Source: Schmidtea polychroa
Taxonomy: Eukaryota
Direction: 5' to 3'
Length of the DNA stretch: 64,000 nt
Assembly (NCBI GenBank): GCA_044892525.1
Contig: CM097885.1
Location: 1 to 64,000 of the forward strand
The position numbers and the translations under genes were made by a program. Under the pieces are notes generated by a model. The model was not told where the DNA came from and made no database searches. It saw nothing but the letters and a program-made list of their open reading frames with translations. Positions 52,035 to 63,577 of the stretch are shown one piece after another (position 1 is the stretch's first letter; every line of letters begins with the position of its first letter).

Positions 52035-52281
52035 AGTAGTGAGGAATCTATGCACCCCGTTACCTTTTCTCGGAATTACTAATCTATAAATACATCTATT
52101 CCGAACTTTTTTACTTTTAAGGGAAGAAATTAAGGGTTAATGGCAATAGGGGACAAAGTTTAAAAGTTAAAAAAAGTGAAGAATATGGGGTAAAAAAGCA
52201 TATAAATGTGGAAAATATGGGTCAATAGCGCTGTTTTTTTTTGAGGGTGGGGGTGCTGGGGTGCATAGATTCCTCACTACT
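52035..52281. repeat. Polinton family-B terminus: perfect 24-bp inverted repeat AGTAGTGAGGAATCTATGCACCCC bracketing 247 bp
   Basis: 52035-52058 is the reverse complement of 52258-52281. Confidence 0.9.
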
Positions 52282-52618
52282 CTAATTCCTCAAATCCATC
52301 CATCAAATTTTCATTCCAACCTTTAGAATAATACCTTCCATAATTAGACAAACTCCTTCAACTGAATCACAACCTAATCCCTCAAATTCACTACAAACCT
52401 CCGGACTCAAGGTTTTAGAATTTTTGTTTGTGAATAAAAGTTTTTGTCATAAGTTATATTATTGTTAATTATTATTCTATTTTTATCCATTACACAACAC
52501 TCACCCCGACTGTCCCAATACATTTTTATCGGTGACTCTTTCGGGCTCGTCAAATTTCCAACCAAACACTACAACTAATAAACACCCACAAATATATAAG
52601 TAACTTATAAACATAACA
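52282..52618 (+). mobile_element. Partial Gypsy LTR (3' end) inserted in the BEL RT
   Basis: Reverse complement of 34593-34929; ends CATAACA exactly where the BEL ORF breaks (FNRLVFGL|). Confidence 0.85.
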
Positions 52619-55245
52619 AAGACCAAACACTAACCGATTAAACTCATACTTAATAATTTTCCCCCCAGTTGACCATAAAAACCGATGATATTTCCTGTCT
52701 TCAAGAGCCATTCTTATTTGCAGATACATTTCTGCTATATCACAAACAACAGCTACGGAAAATCGACGAAAACGAATTAAAATATCAAAAACGTCATTTT
52801 GTAATTTTGGGCCAACTTCCACCATATCATTAAGTCCCACCCCATTACACCTGGCTGCCGCATCAAACACAATACGCACTTTCGTGGTGTCCTTATCTCT
52901 TCTAACCACGGGAAAGTGTGGTAATATCCATTCCGAATCTCCAGGCATCATTTTCTCTTTTACAATACTTATATAATCTTTTTTCAGGTAACCATTCAAA
53001 ATATCCTGATACTCAGTTCGTAAGTCTTCCTTTTCAAGCCTCTTGTCCAAACTTCGCAGTAGACTTTCTGCCATTTTTTCACTATTGGGCAAAGCTGTTG
53101 GTGACTCTTTCCATGGCACTTTTACCTCGAAATGTCCGTCTACTTTCTTCATCTCAGATTTGGTTTTCTCATAAATCGCTTGGTCTTTCGCTGCAAATAT
53201 ATTTTCCTTTAAGCCGCTATCATCAATTTCCCAAAATCGCTCCATCTGTCGTTGCAAATCCTCGACATTACCGAAGAACGTTCGTATGAAATTGCTTTGA
53301 TGGTTCCAAGTTCTTCCCACCGAGGTTCTTACCACACATGTCCAGCCAAGTGGCGTTAAACGGGCAATCGGTTCATCCAACTTACCATCGATTTCTTTGA
53401 GTGCTCGTTGAAGCGTTAAATAATCCGCGCCAATTAACACTTCAACTGCCTGTCTATCGTCTAGCATCGGAAAATGGATGCCCTTCAGGTGAGTCCACTT
53501 ATGTTTTTCTCTGGCCCAATTTACTACCTTCATTTCTCCCGTGATATTTGTTACGGCCAGTGCGTTGAAGTTTTTCGTCAATCGGCCGTCATTACTAATT
53601 AACTTCATGGTCACTGGAGTAGCCATCATTTGTTGGATATTACCTCCGATAACCCCTATCGGTGTCCTCTTTTCCACCCCTTTTAACCCAAGCTCCTTTA
53701 AAATTCTTAGATTGATGTAGCTAACTGAGCTTGCATCATCTAACAGTGCATTGAATTTTATTTTCTTGTTCCCATTTTCCAGGTAGATTGGAATTGTTCT
53801 TAAACTAAGGTAAGGTCTTAGGTTTTTCTCGTTCATCCCTTTCTGGGTCAGCATCGTGTTGTTACCTTTTTCACTCTCCTCACTAATTTGTCTTTCATGT
53901 AATAATTCGTTGTGCCTTTGCTTACATCCGGTAACCTTGCAGAAAGATTCTTTACGACATTCCTTGGCCATGTGATTTCTTTTGAAGCAATTCCTGCACA
54001 GTTTCTTTTCTTCGATGACTTTCTTCCTTTTAGGAATTCTGAGTTGCTTGAACTTGTCACATTGGTCTAGGTAATGTTGACCACCACAGTGTACACACTC
54101 TGATCTATAGCCGTTAGAGTTATTTACCTGTATGACTGTTCCACTTTTAACTCTGCCATCTGGTTGCCCCGTAAAATGCGTCCGACCTCCAGGATTGAAT
54201 CTTTCTCTTCCCCTAGACACCCCTTCTACTCTTGACCCATCACAAGCCCTGGTGCTTGGTTTAGTCCCATACACAACCTCGTTAGTGGACCTTAGGATCT
54301 CCGCTTCTTGTTGTATCCATCTTCTCAAATCCTCTATCGTCTCCCGCAATTCCTTTTCAATTTTCTCTTTTTTCCATTTATACACAAGATTCGTCGTTAA
54401 CTTGCCCAAACACTTTTGAAAAAGATTGCCAGTCTTTATTTCGGATTCTTTCCCAGTGGATTTAAATCGCACGGTGACCGTTTCTAATAATCCAACAAAT
54501 GAGTCTAGATCCTTCAAATCTCCTTCTCGAATTGGCCTGAACTGTTCCATCTCCTCTAACATTGATAAATATATCCTTTCATCCCAACCATATCGCCTAT
54601 CCAACTTCTCTTTTGCCATTTGATAAGCCTCTGCCGAATATCCAAGATTTTCAATTAACTTTAATGGCTCTCCGTGAAGGTACTTGTGCAGGTGAAACAT
54701 CTTTTCAACCTCATCACCTTCCGCTTCGTCAACACATGCAGTAAAAGCTGCTTTCCATGGTTCGTACTCTTTCATCTTGCCTTCAAAAACAGGGATTGTA
54801 ATTTTCTGTAGACTTTCCAGTTTTCTTTTATGCCCGGAATTATTCTTCTTGATTTGATCATCATTCACATTTTCCTTCTCTTCCATAAAAGATTGATTTG
54901 CTTTTCTTTCCATCAATGCCCCAATTATTTGATGTTTTTCCTCGATCTCTTGCAGGTCTTTATCTAAGATTGCAGTGATGTCCAATCTTTGCAATTTTTA
55001 CTGATTGTTCTCAGATCCCCTAATTCTTCATCTAGACTCTCCTTTTGATCTTCATATTCCGCCAACCATTCGCTAACATCCTTCCCATTTATATCATTGA
55101 GAATCTTGTTTCTTAATCTCGTTAATTTTCCTTTTTTCATTCTCCTTTTCCACAGTCCTTCTTCTAAAATCTCTTCGTCATTGCCCCCGCACAGCCTGAG
55201 TGACAAATGAAGTGTCGACCCTACTTGTATCCTATAATCATTCAA
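52619..55245 (-). mobile_element. BEL/Pao LTR retrotransposon fragment: ubiquitin-like C-terminus, Gag (three Cys/His knuckles), protease, partial RT
   Basis: IPVFEG..W..F; CVHC..H..C, CRNC..H..C, CKVTGC..HNELLH; ALLDDAS; LIGAD; TPLGW; LPHFPV..TTKVRIVFDAA; DIAEMYLQI. Confidence 0.92.
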
Positions 55246-55497
55246 AGTAGTGTGTATATATACCCAACCCAAACAGCCCTCCCAACAAAAACATACCTCC
55301 ATTACGCTTAAACCATTAGAAAAACAACATAAAACCTATGTTTTTATAGTATTTTAACCCCATATTTTAAACAACAACCACCCTTAATCTTTAAAGCCTC
55401 AAACTCAAAAGCTTCAAACTAAAAAGAGAATAGAAAAGAAAATGGCCTTATGAAAAAGTTAGAGGGCTATTTGGGATAGGGCTATATACACACTACT
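55246..55497. repeat. Polinton family-A terminus with an inverted repeat (15 bp perfect, about 36 bp imperfect) bracketing 252 bp
   Basis: AGTAGTGTGTATATA at 55246 and TATATACACACTACT ending at 55497. Confidence 0.88.
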
Positions 55498-56081
55498 GAT
55501 CGCAATGAAACTCCGGAGTTGATCTTTATCAGATTATTGATTTTAAATTATATAAATTAAAAAATAAATGAAAAATAGTAAAACTGCTCTGAGGGGACAG
55601 TGGTATTTTTTTTTTTTTTTCACTGTCCCCTCAACAGTTTTTTTGATCCGGATCATTTCAACCTCTTTCGTTTATCAAATCTCTTCTAATATACAAGCTG
55701 GCCAGACTCATACATCAGAATCAATCCGATAATAGCAGCACGCCTTATTATTCGCTTCTCGCTCACGAAGTCGATTTCAACGGCGTTTTAAGCGTGCTGC
55801 TCGAAAGTACAAATGAATTCGAAAGCGAATCCGAAAGAGGTCCGAAAACAACTGAGAAAGGGATCGATCCGGGGGTGTTCGAAAGACAGGTGGCGATAAT
55901 TACCGGTTCGCCACCATCACCCGTTTCAATAATTTTTTTTTCATATTTATGTTTAAAAATAAAATAATTAATAAAATAAATAAAATAAATAAAATAAAAT
56001 AAAATAAAAATAAATAAAATAAAATATAAATCTAAGATACCCACACTATTAATTTCAAATTTTTAATATTATTTTATGTTG

Positions 56082-56165
56082 AAAAAAAAACTAACCACAG
56101 TTAGGATTTGAACCGCTATCCATTTGAACCACGGTGCCGGTCTAGCCCACTGCGCTATCTAGGAT
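56082..56165 (-). ncRNA. Putative Pol III tRNA-like element (A-box, B-box, oligo-T); second copy at about 34362-34450
   Basis: Minus strand reads TAGCGCAGTGG...GGTTCAAATCC...TTTTTTTTT; no clean cloverleaf. Confidence 0.45.
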
Positions 56166-56263
56166 TGGATTTTTGTCATTTTTTATACTGTCACATTATG
56201 AAAATAAATATAAAAACATAAAAAATCAAAACAGGATATCCAATAAAAAATTTTTTTCTAAAA

Positions 56264-59200
56264 ATGAATTGTAATATTTGTAATAAAGTTTTTAAAAATA
56301 AAACTGGATTAATTTCTCACTTAAAATCGAAAGCTCATTTATTAAAAGAAAACAATCTTAATGATACAAATTCAAAAGTTTGTCCTAAATGTAGAGGAAG
56401 ATTTCTACATTCTGGATATAATAAACATTTTGAAAATTGTATCGAGAAAAATAGAGAAATATTTACATGTCCTCATTGTAACTTTTCAACAAAACTAAAT
56501 TTCTATTTTTTAGAACATATGAAAGAATGTAAAAATAAAAAACAAAATTCTGACGATGAGGAATGTCATTCAGAAGGAGAACCTGATCATGTTGAAAGAG
56601 AAAAATATAACTGGGATAATTTTAAACATATAGATGAATTTCACTTAAAAATTAATGGGCCTGCAACTCCTGGAGAATATATAAATAAAAATAAAAAAAA
56701 TATTAAAGATTCTTTCACTGAAGCTTTAAAAAATTATAAACCGACAAGGTATAATGTTATAAAATATAAAATTATAATAAAAGCAAAATACTGGCGAGGA
56801 GCAGAAGAAAAGACAACACCCTTAGATGTTGAAATTGGAATACCTTTTAAATATTTATTTTCAATTAAAGGATTTGATAAAACCATCAAAGAAATAATTA
56901 AAGCAGCAGAAGCAAAACAAGAGGAAGTAGAAAATGAATTAGGAGATTCAAACTTAGTATTCAACTCTTTCCAAACTTTAGTGATTGATTATTGGAGAGG
57001 ATTACCACCCAATCCTAAATCTTATATTCCTACACCCTTTAAATCTAAAAATGTTATAAATGTACAGAATAATGATAACAAATGTTTCATCTGGTCAATA
57101 CTTGCACATTTACATCCTCAAGCAACAAATCCCCAAAGAGTTTCAAAATACAAACAATATGAAAATGAATTAATATTTCCCAAAGGATTCAAACACCCAA
57201 TGAAACTAGAAGACATTCCAGAATTTGAAAAATTAAATAATCCTAAACTTAATATTTATGAACATGTTATAGGGAAAGAAATTATTCCAATTTATATTTC
57301 AGATAGTGGAACCAAGGATAACGGAGCACAGGACAACGAGATATATCTTTTAATCTTGGAACAACAAAATAATCAACATTATGTTTTAATAAAAAACTTT
57401 CAAGCTTTTACATCACCAGAGAATCCAACTAGTGGAGGAGGAACATGTAAAAGATGTCTTCATTATTCAACAACTAAAAACTCTATGATTAAACATACAA
57501 GATTTTGTGAAAAAGATGATCCAGCTTTAATTAAAATGCCTAATAATCCCAAGATGTATTTTAAAAACTTTTCAAATTTACTACAAACAGTTGGAGTTCT
57601 TTATGGTGACTTTGAATCTATAAACCATAAACAAGATTTGGTTTATCAATATTTAAAAATAATAGAAAAAAATAAACTCATGGATTTATGGAACTCCCCA
57701 GGAGAGAAGATGAAACCAGAGAGGATGAAAGCCTTTCTAAGAAAAAGAAATAAACCTAATAGTGTTAAAAAAACTAAACAATTACCATCTGCTTATAAAT
57801 TATTATTTAAAAGTAATTATCCTGAACTCATAGAATCTAGAGAATATTCAATTCTAGGAGGTACCCCTGAAGAAGTCTTGAATCATTTTACTAAAAATAT
57901 AAATGATCTAGAACATGAAATATTTAAAATATTAAAAACAAAGTATCCTCAAAATATTTCTAATCAACAACAACAAGAATATGAAAATACTTCCAACTGT
58001 TGGATGTGTAAACAGAATATTCTTCCTGATGAAAAAGTTATAGATCATGATCATTTAAAAAAGGAAAATAATTATCGAGGAGCAGCTCATAAAAGTTGCA
58101 ATCTTAATTGCCATACTCCTAAATTTATACCTGTTATATTTCATAATCTTTTTGGATATGACATACATCTATTTATTAAACATTTAGCAGCAAATGCTAA
58201 AAACTCTTTAAAAGTTATCTTCTTAACAAAAGAAAAATATAAATCAGTTGAATATGGGAAATTAAAATTTATAGACTCGTTAAACTTTCTTCAAATGTCT
58301 CTAGATGGAATAGCTAAAACAATGAAACCAGAAGATTTTAAAATCACTCGAGAATTCTTGGAAAAAAATAATATTCCTCTAGAAGAATATCCTACATGTT
58401 TAGCAAAAGGAATATATCCTTATGGCTATGTTGACTCGTTTGAAAGATATAATGAAACAAGTCTTCCTAACAAAGAAGATTTCTTTTCAAACTTACTACA
58501 ATCAGGGATTACAGATCAAGAATATTCTCGAGCATTAAAAATGTGGGAATTATTCAAGTGTAAAACTTTAGGAGAATATACCAACATGTATTTATCCTTA
58601 GATGTTTATATTCTAGCAGATTGCTTTGAAGAATTTACAAACTCTTTTGTTCTTAAACCTTATAATTATATAACTGCACCCTCTTTAGCTTGGGATACTA
58701 TGTTATATACCATTTGGACTTCAAATATAGAAGATGCTGATAAAATTATAGATCTTTTAACTAACCTCGATATGTTTAACCAAATTAAAACAAACATTAG
58801 AGGAGGAGTCTCTTCAGTAATGGGGAATAGAGAAATAAAAGCTAGAAATGCAATAACTACTAGCCGAAGACTATCTAAACACCCTGATGATCCATATATG
58901 AAAATTAACAATGAGGAATTAAAAGAATTATTAGAAACAATGAAAAATCCTATATTTATACTTTATATAGATGCAACAGCTTTATATTCAGGAATTATGA
59001 CTCAATATTTACCAATGAGTGATTTCACTGAAATAGAGAACCCAACAGATGACCTTATGAAAGAAATACTTTCAACATCGAAAGATTCTCCAATAGGTTA
59101 CTTTATAGAATGTGACCTCGACTATCCAGATGATATAAAATCAGGAACAAGATATTTTCCTTTAGCTCCCATAAGAAGAAAGATTGATATCAACGAACTC

Positions 59201-60529
59201 TCTGAATGGCAAATCTCACAAGATAAACCTCCAACAATGAAACTTCTTTGTGATCAAACAGATCGAAGGTTTTATCTTTGTCACTATAGACTCCTCCAAT
59301 TTTATCTCTAACCCTAAAGTTCATAGTGTCATAAGATTTAAACAAGCTCCATTCATGAAAGCTTTTATCGAGGAGAACATTAGGTGTCGAAACATTGCAA
59401 AAAGAGAGGTAATCTTTTTAAAGATAATAATTATAAACTTTTAAACAATTCAGTCTTTGGGAAAACAATGGAGAATGTTGATAAATATACTCATATTGAA
59501 CTCCTAACAAATACTACCAAAGATATTAAGCGTTATAATCGCATGCTAGGAAAGCCTACATTTAAAAACGCACAAGTATTTTCTGAAAATCTTACTGCAG
59601 TAGAATTAAAAAAGTATGAGAAAACATATAACAAACCAATATTTATAGGGTTTACAATTTTAGAACTTTCAAAATTACAAATGTATGAAACATATTATAA
59701 CATCTTACAACCTATATACGGAGCAAATATATCAATGCATGCAATGGATACAGATTCAATGTTTTTAACAATAAGAACTCATGATTTACAAAAAGATATG
59801 AAAGAAAATCCTATACTTTCAAATTTAATAAATTCATCTGGAGAACTATTTTCGTTTAAAGATGAAAAACCTTTTACTCCTATAGAAAATGGAATATTTA
59901 TTCGTGCTAAACAATATTCATACGAAACATTTAGAAACCCTGAATTTATAACTAGATCATTTATATTTAAAACTCCAGAAACAGTAGAAACCATAACACA
60001 TAGATATCCTATATTTCCTAAAGAAGAAAAACCTGTAAAGGATAACAGATGTAAAGGAATACAGAGAGTGGTTGCAAAGAATCTTTCTCATCTAGATTAT
60101 ATATATACATTGAATCCAAATCATAAAGATAAAATTGATGAAATACATCAACTTAAAAGTGAAAACCATGATATTCACTTGATAGAATCTCAAAAAGTAT
60201 CATTATCAAATTATGATGATAAGAGATTCATACTAAGTGATTTAAAGACAACTCTACCTATTGGAAATAATTTAATCCCTATAATAAAAAATCTAGAAAA
60301 GTTGAATAAGTTATATGATACAAAGATTACTGATCTTGATATTCATAATGTTGAAATTATTTATCCCGAGAGAGAAATCGAGAAACCTTTATATTCTCAA
60401 GTTTTTAATCCTATATGTTTAGAACTTAAATATTTTAATACTGATCCTGAATATATAAAAGGTCTAAGTGATAAAGAATTTAAAGATCATAAATTAATGA
60501 TTCATAGGTTGGCTTTCAACCATAACTGA
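56264..60529 (+). pseudogene. Protein-primed DNA polymerase B, Polinton family A (two frameshifts, at about 59310 and 59408)
   Basis: 1015-aa and 381-aa ORFs bridged by a short third frame; YGDFE, DHDH, FIDS, IDATALY, KLLNNSVFGK, DTDS. Confidence 0.92.
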
Positions 60530-60640
60530 AACCAACGATATTTAATTTTTTAATAATAAAATGTCGACAATTAATTTAAGCAACTATAGCAACCTGATCT
60601 ACTTTTTTAAAAATACACCCATTTTATAAGTAAGAATTCT

Positions 60641-61234
60641 TTAACCATTTTTCTCGAGATGTTTTTTTATTACTATAACATTAGCCACCATGCCCTCCCT
60701 TTTTAATCTTATAACCTCATTCTTTATATCTTGTATTATTTGATTTGATTTCATTATTTCTTCGTCTGTCAGGATTCTATCTTCCAAAGCTTTTAATTGA
60801 AATAAAAATAATTTAGAGATTCCTAATTCTATTGATAAACAAACTTCTCTATATAAACTTTTCTTTTTAGAAGTATAAGATAATGAAACTATTTCAGTTA
60901 AGAAACCATCAGCCACAGAAATACTTCCAAGTATTACAGGTGCAAGAGTAACAACTGGTAAAGTTATGGGTAAAATAACTGTTAATATTGCAGATGCAAA
61001 TCCTAAAGAATAACCTATAACTTTTAAAACTGTATTCCCTTTATTCCATCTATTTTTAATTTTTTTATAATGCTTTAATAAATCTTGTAAATGTAAGGTT
61101 TCTGATTTAAATTCTTTTACTCTCATAATTTCAAGTTCTGTGGGAGCCGAGGCCTTGGAACCTTTGTGACTTTCGGAATAATATCCTGATGATCTCAATT
61201 CTGGGTAAATTTTTTCTTCTCTTACTTCTTCCAT
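60641..61234 (-). CDS. Polinton membrane protein (copy of 46297-46908, different C-terminus from a frameshift)
   Basis: Near-identical protein. Confidence 0.75.
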   Translation of the reverse strand: MEEVREEKIYPELRSSGYYSESHKGSKASAPTELEIMRVKEFKSETLHLQDLLKHYKKIKNRWNKGNTVLKVIGYSLGFASAILTVILPITLPVVTLAPVILGSISVADGFLTEIVSLSYTSKKKSLYREVCLSIELGISKLFLFQLKALEDRILTDEEIMKSNQIIQDIKNEVIRLKREGMVANVIVIKKHLEKNG

Positions 61235-61242
61235 TTTAATAA

Positions 61243-62253
61243 TTAAAAAAATAAGACTTTATTCTTCTGAGCACCATCTGGCACCAATACTCGGATATCA
61301 AAAGAAACTCTTGTTGAGAGGATATCTTTATACAATTCTCTCAATGCTTTACGAACTTCATCAACATCAACCTTTTTTTCATAAAATATTAAATCTATAT
61401 ATTGTACAAGTGAACTAGAAAAATGAATATTCTTACTTTTAACTTTATGTAGTCCATGTGAATGAGTATTAACATACCAATCTCCGTGTGGTAAATCATA
61501 ACTAGTCATTATAACATCACCCTTTTCAAGCTTACTATTATAATCACATTTCACAAACCATTTCATTCTTTCATTATCATCATCAAACAAAAAGAAATAA
61601 GGATCAATAATTTTTACAACCATAAAAACACCCCATTCTTTACTGTTTGTTGTTATTAAACTTGGTTCTATAAAATGTTTATATGCATGGGGTAATAATG
61701 TTTTATTCTGTTCTAATTCAGCAGCTCTTTTTCTAATACTATGTGTGGTGTTAATGTGTGTTCCACGAGACTCTAAATTTGAAATTCTTTTATTAAATGA
61801 TGTAATCATCTCATTTATTATTTTATATATTGTATTAAATTTAGTATTCATAATTTGTTTATCTTTAGAATTTAATATAGCAGTATTTAACTTTACAACT
61901 TGTTCAGTTAACAGACTTTGTAACTTGTCAAATTTATCATTAAATCGTTGTTCGATATTATTAAGCTTTGATTCCATTGAATCAATTTTTGTTGTTAATG
62001 AACTTTCAATTCTTGTTGTTGTTAAATCAGTATATTTTTTAAAACCATCTACATATTTCTTATTAACTGCATCAGCTTCATCAGTTGGAAAAGATAATTC
62101 TTTTATCTTGTGTCCATTTAAAATTAAATCACCCTTCATTGAATCACCTCTTTCATTAATATATTTATTTTCTGTTAAAGTTAATATTTCTTCTGTATTA
62201 AACCCTGTTTTTATTGTTCCACCACCTCTATTACATGGAATATAAGAACTCAT
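61243..62253 (-). CDS. Polinton fibre-like protein
   Basis: GDSMKGDL..HKI..L..P....DAVNKKYVD tail-fibre-like motif, coiled coil, C-terminal globular domain. Confidence 0.7.
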   Translation of the reverse strand: MSSYIPCNRGGGTIKTGFNTEEILTLTENKYINERGDSMKGDLILNGHKIKELSFPTDEADAVNKKYVDGFKKYTDLTTTRIESSLTTKIDSMESKLNNIEQRFNDKFDKLQSLLTEQVVKLNTAILNSKDKQIMNTKFNTIYKIINEMITSFNKRISNLESRGTHINTTHSIRKRAAELEQNKTLLPHAYKHFIEPSLITTNSKEWGVFMVVKIIDPYFFLFDDDNERMKWFVKCDYNSKLEKGDVIMTSYDLPHGDWYVNTHSHGLHKVKSKNIHFSSSLVQYIDLIFYEKKVDVDEVRKALRELYKDILSTRVSFDIRVLVPDGAQKNKVLFF

Positions 62254-62277
62254 TTATTAATAATTTAAAATGAATCT

Positions 62278-63042
62278 TCAAACCTGTTTCAAATGTAAAT
62301 ACATTGAAATCTCTTCTCCATTAAAATCAATCAATTCTCCTTCTTGATTAAGAATTTTAAAATTAATATCCATTATATATTTTCTACATAAAGGTAAATA
62401 ATTTGGAGGATTCATTCTTTCAACTATTTTATATCCCATAGGAACTGTGTTTGAGGGAAAGGAATATAAAACATTTGTTTGTTTACCATTATTATAAGAA
62501 CCTGTTATACAATCGCAATGAATATTTATTGTATTTGTATTTATTATTTTTATAATATGTTCTGATGTTATTATTTTATCTTCTTTTATTGTTATATCCA
62601 TAGGTTTAAATCCTAAAACTGTGTGAAAGAAACAATTATCTAAAAAACTAATTTTTATACTCTTCAAAGTCATTACACATTTTGAAGTTGGTATATCCAT
62701 TTTAATTTTAATACCTTCATTTGTTTTTTTAGAAAGTATATCATTTAAATCTTTTATCTCATATGCCCCAGGTTCTATTGTTATAATTTCTGGTTTATGC
62801 CCATCACGAGTTTGAATAGTAAATTTATTATTATCTTTAGTTATATTAAAAATAGTATTATAATCATAAAACCATAATAGTCCCAATTCATAATTTAAAT
62901 TTTGATCTAATTTAATTGAATCTTGAAAGTTTATAGTAAACTCTGATTCTTTTGAATTTATAGATAAAGTTCTTGAATATTTATCTGACATTATGTTTAC
63001 CATTTTTTTTAAATTATCTTCCGGAGGGTTGTGAAGCTCCAT
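62278..63042 (-). CDS. Polinton minor capsid protein (copy 2)
   Basis: Near-identical to 44490-45254. Confidence 0.82.
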   Translation of the reverse strand: MELHNPPEDNLKKMVNIMSDKYSRTLSINSKESEFTINFQDSIKLDQNLNYELGLLWFYDYNTIFNITKDNNKFTIQTRDGHKPEIITIEPGAYEIKDLNDILSKKTNEGIKIKMDIPTSKCVMTLKSIKISFLDNCFFHTVLGFKPMDITIKEDKIITSEHIIKIINTNTINIHCDCITGSYNNGKQTNVLYSFPSNTVPMGYKIVERMNPPNYLPLCRKYIMDINFKILNQEGELIDFNGEEISMYLHLKQV

Positions 63043-63090
63043 TTCTTTAGTAGTAAATTCATATAGTAAAAATCCTTATAGTAAAAATCC

Positions 63091-63555
63091 TTATAGTAGA
63101 GATTCTAGATCATTATAAATTTCTTGAATTATAGATTCAAAATCCTGCGTATGCCCCTTTCCCTCTCCCTTATTCAATCTATACAAAACATATAAACTTA
63201 AAATACCACATATTTTAGTATTCAAAGGTTGAACTTGTAAAGAGTTAAAAGTATAACCATTTGGGGAATCAATCGGAGAACCCCTCAAGAGATAATCTTC
63301 AACTTCTTTAGTAGGTTTAATCCCAAAAGAATCAAAGTAGATAGATTTCTTATATATACAAACCCAATGAGATCCTTTTTCATTTGAATTTTGATAATTG
63401 ATTATTATATTCAGGGGACTCTCCAGACTTGATAATTCATCATTCATTAATATTTTAATTTTTAAATTTAAATAATTTGCATAATCTTTTAAATCAAAAT
63501 TTGTTTTTGCATTTATTCCAAATGTTTTTAAAAAATCTAATATTGAAGGAGTCAT
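63091..63555 (-). CDS. Polinton adenain-like protease (copy 2)
   Basis: Same protein as 43977-44441. Confidence 0.92.
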   Translation of the reverse strand: MTPSILDFLKTFGINAKTNFDLKDYANYLNLKIKILMNDELSSLESPLNIIINYQNSNEKGSHWVCIYKKSIYFDSFGIKPTKEVEDYLLRGSPIDSPNGYTFNSLQVQPLNTKICGILSLYVLYRLNKGEGKGHTQDFESIIQEIYNDLESLL

Positions 63556-63577
63556 TTTGTATTTTAAAACTTCGTAT

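Noticed and set aside
33515..52281. One intact Polinton bounded by the AGTAGT ends at 33515 and 52281
   Set aside because: The two ends belong to different families, and the flanks (cacgaa vs ctaatt) give no 6-bp TSD
59280..59320. Programmed frameshift shared by both pPolBs near CHYR
   Set aside because: The lesions differ in position and size, there is no slippery heptamer, and each gene has further independent disruptions
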